From the IMG/VR virus record IMGVR_UViG_3300020235_000165, positions 1 to 30,617 of that record: a DNA stretch of 30,617 nt. One strand, written 5' to 3'. This stretch comes from a virus (Duplodnaviria > Caudoviricetes). Below, one piece after another: positions 26,166-30,617 of the stretch (its first letter is position 1; each line of letters opens with the position of its first letter). Made by a program: the position numbers and the translations under genes. Below the pieces are notes generated by a model that saw only the letters and a program-made list of their open reading frames with translations, was not told the origin of the DNA and did no database searches.

Positions 26166-26186
26166 ATTGGGTCAAGGGGTATACTA
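26158..26186 (+). promoter_or_regulatory. sigma70-type promoter of the DNA-modification operon
   Basis: TTGCAT-N17-TATACT. Confidence 0.7.
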
Positions 26187-26239
26187 CGTTTCCCTTATGG
26201 TAAGGGATATTTAGCCAATAAATAAAGAGGAGAACTCAA

Positions 26240-26527
26240 ATGGCTGTAAATCTGGCTCCCGGTGAAAGTACCGGTAAAGGTAAAGACGACAAGAAAGATG
26301 AAAAGAAAGATAGCACTACCCGTTCGCGTTTCGCAACTACATACCCTGAAACCGATAAGATCACCCTCCTGGTGACGGAGAACCCTAAGAAACAGGGCTC
26401 CAAAGCACGTGAACGATTTGAAGGCTATACCGGCGCGAAAACCGTTGGAGAAGCTCTCAAGAATGGCGTAACGTATGCAGATATTGCTTACGACGTTGGC
26501 CGTAAGTTTATCAAAGTCGGCTTATAA
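26240..26527 (+). CDS. Small putative DNA-binding protein
   Basis: Strong GAGGAG SD. NPKKQGSKARERFEGY..AKTVGEAL..G.T..DIAYD..RKFI. Confidence 0.7.
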   Translation: MAVNLAPGESTGKGKDDKKDEKKDSTTRSRFATTYPETDKITLLVTENPKKQGSKARERFEGYTGAKTVGEALKNGVTYADIAYDVGRKFIKVGL

Positions 26528-26623
26528 AGAACACGGTCTGGTCCACCACATTAACGGACAAGTGGCGGGGGTGTCATGCCCCTCGCCGCGTTACTGGATA
26601 ATAAGAAGGGGTGGAAGAGTGAG

Positions 26624-27397
26624 ATGAAGGTACTGATATGCACGTACGGACGTGCTAATAAGCAGACGACCTGGAACAGCTTGCCACAAGATATAAAAGA
26701 GATAACAACTCTTGTGGTTCAGGACAAAGAAAAAGACCTGTACCGTCCTTACCCAACTCTCGTTCTTCCACCGAATATCCAAACAATCGGTCCTACCCGC
26801 CAGTGGCTAGTTGACCACATATTTGAAAAGAAAGTTATTATGTTTGATGACGACCTTGTATTCGCCACGCGGCGTGAAGACCAACCTACCAAGTTCGTGC
26901 CCTCCACAACAAGTGACATAGAGGCTATGCTGAAGGAAATAGTAACCTTCCTCAACATATACGCAGCCGTCGGGGTAGCCCCGAGGGAAGGGGCGAACAG
27001 GGTTATAGAGCCATACAGATACTGTACTCGTATGATGCGCGTACTAGGGTTCAGGTTTGACGTACTACGGGAAGAGAATATACGCTTTGACCGAATACCC
27101 GTAATGGAGGACTTTGATGCCACCCTCCAGCTTATGCGGCTCGGGTATGAAAACGTATTACTGAATAGATGGGTGAACAACCAAGCTGGAAGTGATGTTA
27201 GCGGAGGCTGCTCAACCTACCGTACCCCAGAAATCCAGGAGCAGGCAGCGATGGGCTTGGCCGAACTGCACCCTGGATTCGTTACCGTAGTTACCAAGAA
27301 GACCAAGACTTCTTGGGGTGGAAAGGAGCGCAAAGATGTTAGAGTCCAATGGAAGCAAGCTTTCGCCAGTGCAGGAAAAGTTAGTATTCTGGATTAA
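26624..27397 (+). CDS. GT-A fold glycosyltransferase (DNA base-modifying type)
   Basis: ICTYGRA, IGPTRQW, DxD motif MFDDDL, catalytic-type EDFD, GGCS.YR. First enzyme of the modification cluster. Confidence 0.75.
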   Translation: MKVLICTYGRANKQTTWNSLPQDIKEITTLVVQDKEKDLYRPYPTLVLPPNIQTIGPTRQWLVDHIFEKKVIMFDDDLVFATRREDQPTKFVPSTTSDIEAMLKEIVTFLNIYAAVGVAPREGANRVIEPYRYCTRMMRVLGFRFDVLREENIRFDRIPVMEDFDATLQLMRLGYENVLLNRWVNNQAGSDVSGGCSTYRTPEIQEQAAMGLAELHPGFVTVVTKKTKTSWGGKERKDVRVQWKQAFASAGKVSILD

Positions 27398-28196
27398 TGA
27401 GCGAGAGCATATTCGCACAAGAAAAAGAGGGGGTATGTCCAAGCCTTGGACTGAGGACCCCACCCTACAAACCGTCTACTTCTGCAACGTACACCGCGAA
27501 GATGACAAGGTAACTCAGTGGATTAGAAACAACATACCCTACCAAGAGGATGGGCTGCACGAGTGGCGTATGATGGTCGCCCGTATGTTCAACTGGCCGC
27601 CGACATTAAAAGCTATGGATCTTATTGCTTTCTCTACTAAGTTAGAAGAGAAAATTGTTTATGGCCGACTAATATCAACTATCAACTCAATACGGGAAAG
27701 CGGAGAGAAGGTATGGGGAAATGCCTACGTGGTAACAACGTGCGGTAAGCGTATGGACAAGGGTGAGTACTGCTCACAAGCCCTAGGAGCAGCTTTCGCT
27801 AACCCCCCGCACGTTGCCCCTAACAGCACCCTCGCCGCCGCACACAAGCTCATAATGCAGTATCAGGGGTTCGCTTCCTTCATGGCAGCGCAGGTTGTCG
27901 CCGACTTAAAGAACACTATTGACCACCCTCTGGAGGGGGCGGAGGATTGGTACTCGTGGTCTGCTCCCGGACCGGGTAGTATAAGAGGGTTAAATTGGTT
28001 TTTCTATGATGACAAGTTTGGTAAGGTGTCCCCGAAAAGGTTTAATCACTACATAACCCTCGCTTGGGAAATGCTTAAGGGTCACGTGATGCTACTGTGT
28101 ATGCAAGATTTCCAGAACTGCCTGTGCGAGTTTGATAAGTACATGAGAGTCAGCACTGGAGCTGGCCGTAGTAAGAGGAAGTACAATGGAAAATAG
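27336..28196 (+). CDS. 5-hydroxymethyluracil DNA kinase-like protein (aGPT-Pplase1/HMUDK helical family)
   Basis: WINERE.I...K..G...PWTEDP.LQ..YFCNV.REDD.VT.WI, RMFNWP, FMAAQVVADL, PGPGS.RGL, QNCLCEFDKY. ATG 27336 follows AAAGGAG. Confidence 0.8.
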   Translation: MLESNGSKLSPVQEKLVFWINEREHIRTRKRGGMSKPWTEDPTLQTVYFCNVHREDDKVTQWIRNNIPYQEDGLHEWRMMVARMFNWPPTLKAMDLIAFSTKLEEKIVYGRLISTINSIRESGEKVWGNAYVVTTCGKRMDKGEYCSQALGAAFANPPHVAPNSTLAAAHKLIMQYQGFASFMAAQVVADLKNTIDHPLEGAEDWYSWSAPGPGSIRGLNWFFYDDKFGKVSPKRFNHYITLAWEMLKGHVMLLCMQDFQNCLCEFDKYMRVSTGAGRSKRKYNGK

Positions 28197-29142
28197 AAGC
28201 GTAAGGAATATCCCTAATTTTTTCACGGAAGCCATGTGGCTGCTCGGGGTTTGTGGGGACAAGCAAACCTCTAGGAACGGTAATGTAGTGACTATGATAG
28301 AACCTTGTATATTCAAGGTACATCGACCTGACGAACGTGTGCTGTTTGACCCGCTACGGGATGCTAACCCCTTCTTCCACGTAATGGAGTTCTGCTGGAT
28401 GATGGCGGGGCGGAAGGACGTTAAGTGGATTGAACAGTTTAACTCAGGTCTTAGGGAGTACGCCGAAAATGACGGCACTATTTACGGAGCCTATGGCTAT
28501 CGCTGGCGTAAGCACTTCAGTATAGACCAACTTCTACAGACAGCAAACCAGCTTAATAAAGACCCTCATACTCGCCGAGCAGTTACAGCGATGTGGGACG
28601 CCAAGTGTGACCTCTTTTACAAAAAGGATATACCCTGCAATACTCACATCTATTGGAGGATAGTAGACAGTTACTTGCATATGACTGTCTGTAACAGGAG
28701 TAATGACGCCGTGTGGGGGATGACTGGGGCGAATGCTGTTCACATGACCATGCTACAGGAATGGATGGCTGCCATGACAAACCAGAGGCTCGGTAACTAC
28801 TATGTCATGACGAATAACCTGCACTTATATACCGACCTCCATAGCGAACTACTAAAGCGCACCCCTGTCTTCGACCCCTATGCAGCAGGTGAAGTCAAGC
28901 CGCTTCGTATGTTTAAGTCAGCAGAGGAAGCACTCCTGTTTTTACAAGACGTAGAAAACTTTGTTATGGGACTACCATTCACTAGCCCCTGGATAGTGGA
29001 CGTAGCTGACCCTATACACGACGCATATCTTAATAAGCATATCCGTAAAGGACAAATAGGATACATTGTAGCAACAGACTGGAGAAAGGCATGTCAGGAG
29101 TGGACAGAAAGGCGACCATCATCCCAAGAGTCGGGTTCTTAG
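28186..29142 (+). CDS. Thymidylate-synthase-fold dUMP hydroxymethylase (5hmdUMP synthase)
   Basis: ANPFF, GAYGYRW, TRRAV, catalytic DIPCN, RSND..WG...N (Asn, implying dUMP specificity), NNLHLY. Confidence 0.8.
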   Translation: MENRSVRNIPNFFTEAMWLLGVCGDKQTSRNGNVVTMIEPCIFKVHRPDERVLFDPLRDANPFFHVMEFCWMMAGRKDVKWIEQFNSGLREYAENDGTIYGAYGYRWRKHFSIDQLLQTANQLNKDPHTRRAVTAMWDAKCDLFYKKDIPCNTHIYWRIVDSYLHMTVCNRSNDAVWGMTGANAVHMTMLQEWMAAMTNQRLGNYYVMTNNLHLYTDLHSELLKRTPVFDPYAAGEVKPLRMFKSAEEALLFLQDVENFVMGLPFTSPWIVDVADPIHDAYLNKHIRKGQIGYIVATDWRKACQEWTERRPSSQESGS

Positions 29143-29648
29143 TTAAGCGGTTCCATACTCTTCCAACTATAGTAGAGGAAACCGTAGGTCATCATTCAGC
29201 GAACGTTGCGCTTATCTGTGATATACTTACAGATGGAGAGGCTAGTAAGGAAATCATAATAGCTGCGCTCAAACACGATATACCTGAGCAGTGGACTGGA
29301 GATATCCCCGCCCCCGCTAAGTGGATTGACCCAAATTTTAACGACATGATAAAGAAGGTAGAAAAAAATTGGGCAACGCAAACTGGATATAAGATACCCG
29401 AGCTTGTAGGGGATGACCTGCTAGTTCTTAAGGCCGCTGATATGCTTGACCTCTGTTTTAAGTGTGTAGAGGAGATTACTTTGGGTAATGTGACATTCAT
29501 GCCCATATTTATCAATGGCATTCATTACCTGTCTAAGCTACCATTACAGGGTAAGGTAGCGGGAAACGTAATGGATATATGTAGTGGATTAAAGGCAACT
29601 CTGGGGATAAAGGATGAACCAACAATCATTACCACTCCAACACACTGA
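29091..29648 (+). CDS. HD-domain 5'-deoxynucleotidase (YfbR-like)
   Basis: VKRFH, ETVGHHS, ALKHDIPEQWTGDIPAPAK, LKAADMLD. Confidence 0.8.
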   Translation: MSGVDRKATIIPRVGFLVKRFHTLPTIVEETVGHHSANVALICDILTDGEASKEIIIAALKHDIPEQWTGDIPAPAKWIDPNFNDMIKKVEKNWATQTGYKIPELVGDDLLVLKAADMLDLCFKCVEEITLGNVTFMPIFINGIHYLSKLPLQGKVAGNVMDICSGLKATLGIKDEPTIITTPTH

Positions 29649-29880
29649 ACAGGTAGGGGGAAGCCACTACCAGAGAAAAGATGGTGGCGAGCAGCACTGG
29701 ACAAGGGCGTACCGTATGCAGTTCGACTGCTTCCAGTATATTATCACCAAGTGGGTGGAGCGTTGGAAATTGAAGGGCGGGGTGGAGGACTTAAAGAAAG
29801 CTCGCCATGCCCTTGATGAGTACATTAAGTTAGTTGATGAAGAAGGCGGCGCAACTGCCGCCTATGTGAATCAGGATTGA
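29614..29880 (+). CDS. DUF3310/SaV-like protein
   Basis: QVGGSHYQ...KWVERWKLKGGVEDLKKARH.L. Confidence 0.8.
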   Translation: MNQQSLPLQHTEQVGGSHYQRKDGGEQHWTRAYRMQFDCFQYIITKWVERWKLKGGVEDLKKARHALDEYIKLVDEEGGATAAYVNQD

Positions 29881-30152
29881 GTTGGTTCCTTTTACTTGAA
29901 GAGACCGAGCACTGCCTTGCCGCTCAATCCCCTGTCCGTGCCCTGCACACAAGAAGGTGGTAACTACGAAAGTGAACCGGGGGCTGCTAGTCTCTCGCCC
30001 CTAACCCCTTGTTTGTAAAGACTTTTTTAGGTACTTGCATCCTAAGGGCTCGTATTATAGCCTATAGTAAGGGTAAGGGCTGCCCTAGATGACCGCACAG
30101 GAGCTAACCTGAGCAGCCATATTTGTAGAAGTAGCGTTAAAAGGTGGGTATT

Positions 30153-30302
30153 ATGGTGGAGTGGCCTAAAAGGGTGTGGGAGCAAGGTGTTGATAGTAAA
30201 TACACGTCCCGCGAAGTGACCAAAAAAGATAAAGAACGTAGGTTCCTAGTAGACATGCAACTTGGTGCTGTTCGCCTACGAAATGTAGATAGGAGAGGGT
30301 AA
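30153..30302 (+). CDS. Small hypothetical protein (49 aa), not in the ORF track
   Basis: MVEWPKRVWEQGVDSKYTSREVTKKDKERRFLVDMQLGAVRLRNVDRRG*, with an AAGGTGG SD. Ends 1 nt before the next gene. Confidence 0.5.
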   Translation: MVEWPKRVWEQGVDSKYTSREVTKKDKERRFLVDMQLGAVRLRNVDRRG

Positions 30303-30303
30303 G

Positions 30304-30513
30304 ATGAGTAGAAAAAATATATGCGAAATACCCGGCTGTGCAGATGAAGTTAAATCTGCCGGCCTCTGTAACGCCTGTTACTCAGGGACATACTACTGGC
30401 TACAGAAAAGCCCCGGCCAACTCAACAAACGCCGGAAGCAACTTGTTCGGCTTAATTCTCGCCTTGATTATATCCAAGGCGTAACGACTATAACGAGTCG
30501 GCGAGCAGCTTAG
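30304..30513 (+). CDS. Small Zn-finger protein
   Basis: CEIPGC...GLCNACY; AGGAG SD. Confidence 0.7.
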   Translation: MSRKNICEIPGCADEVKSAGLCNACYSGTYYWLQKSPGQLNKRRKQLVRLNSRLDYIQGVTTITSRRAA

Positions 30514-30617
30514 TCCTCAGCGGGGGCGGTGAACACTCTGTCCCCGCTGGCTATTGCTGTCAACCAGTCAATAATCTCGACTGCTTGAGCAGCCTGTCCA
30601 ATCGGTACATTGACGCC
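30510..30617 (-). CDS. C-terminus of a convergent gene entering from beyond the window
   Basis: Open frame ...GVNVPIGQAAQAVEIIDWLTAIASGDRVFTAPAED*, whose stop overlaps that of 30304..30513. Confidence 0.45.
   Translation of the reverse strand, partial: GVNVPIGQAAQAVEIIDWLTAIASGDRVFTAPAED

Noticed and set aside
28186-29142. dCMP hydroxymethylase or ordinary ThyA
   Set aside because: The specificity residue after RSND..WG is Asn (dUMP type), and the HMUDK-like neighbour favours 5hmdU synthesis. Not proven without an assay.
30077-30118. GGCTGC...CTAGATGA...CAGG-AGCTAA-CCTG.GCAGCC as a hammerhead ribozyme
   Set aside because: The core is not CUGANGA and there is no GAAA strand. At most it is a leader hairpin.
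1-30617. tRNA genes, integrase/repressor, alternative genetic code
   Set aside because: No cloverleaf or lysogeny genes were recognised, and genes are intact under the standard code with all three stops used.

Overview
This window is a 30.6 kb fragment of a lytic, podovirus-like tailed phage genome. The left arm (minus strand, 1-13100) holds the virion, packaging and lysis genes: two enzyme-bearing tailspike-like proteins, major capsid, scaffold, portal, TerL, holin, M15 endolysin and TerS. The right arm holds small early genes with host sigma70-type promoters, a Toprim/SF3 primase-helicase, a family A DNA polymerase, a Cas4-like nuclease, VRR-NUC and an SNF2 helicase. It ends with a thymidine-hypermodification cluster (glycosyltransferase, 5hmdU-DNA-kinase-like protein, dUMP hydroxymethylase, HD nucleotidase, DUF3310). 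The most striking signal lies between the arms. A sharply bounded ~438 bp block (13226-13663) contains no GA or TC dinucleotide at all, yet carries a complete transcription unit: promoter, RBS, a 79-aa Asp/Glu-free gene and a terminator. It is followed directly by a dense TCNGA repeat array, an iteron/AT-rich origin-like region, and ~2 kb of early genes strongly depleted of GAG/CTC. All product calls come from motif recognition by eye; no database search was run.
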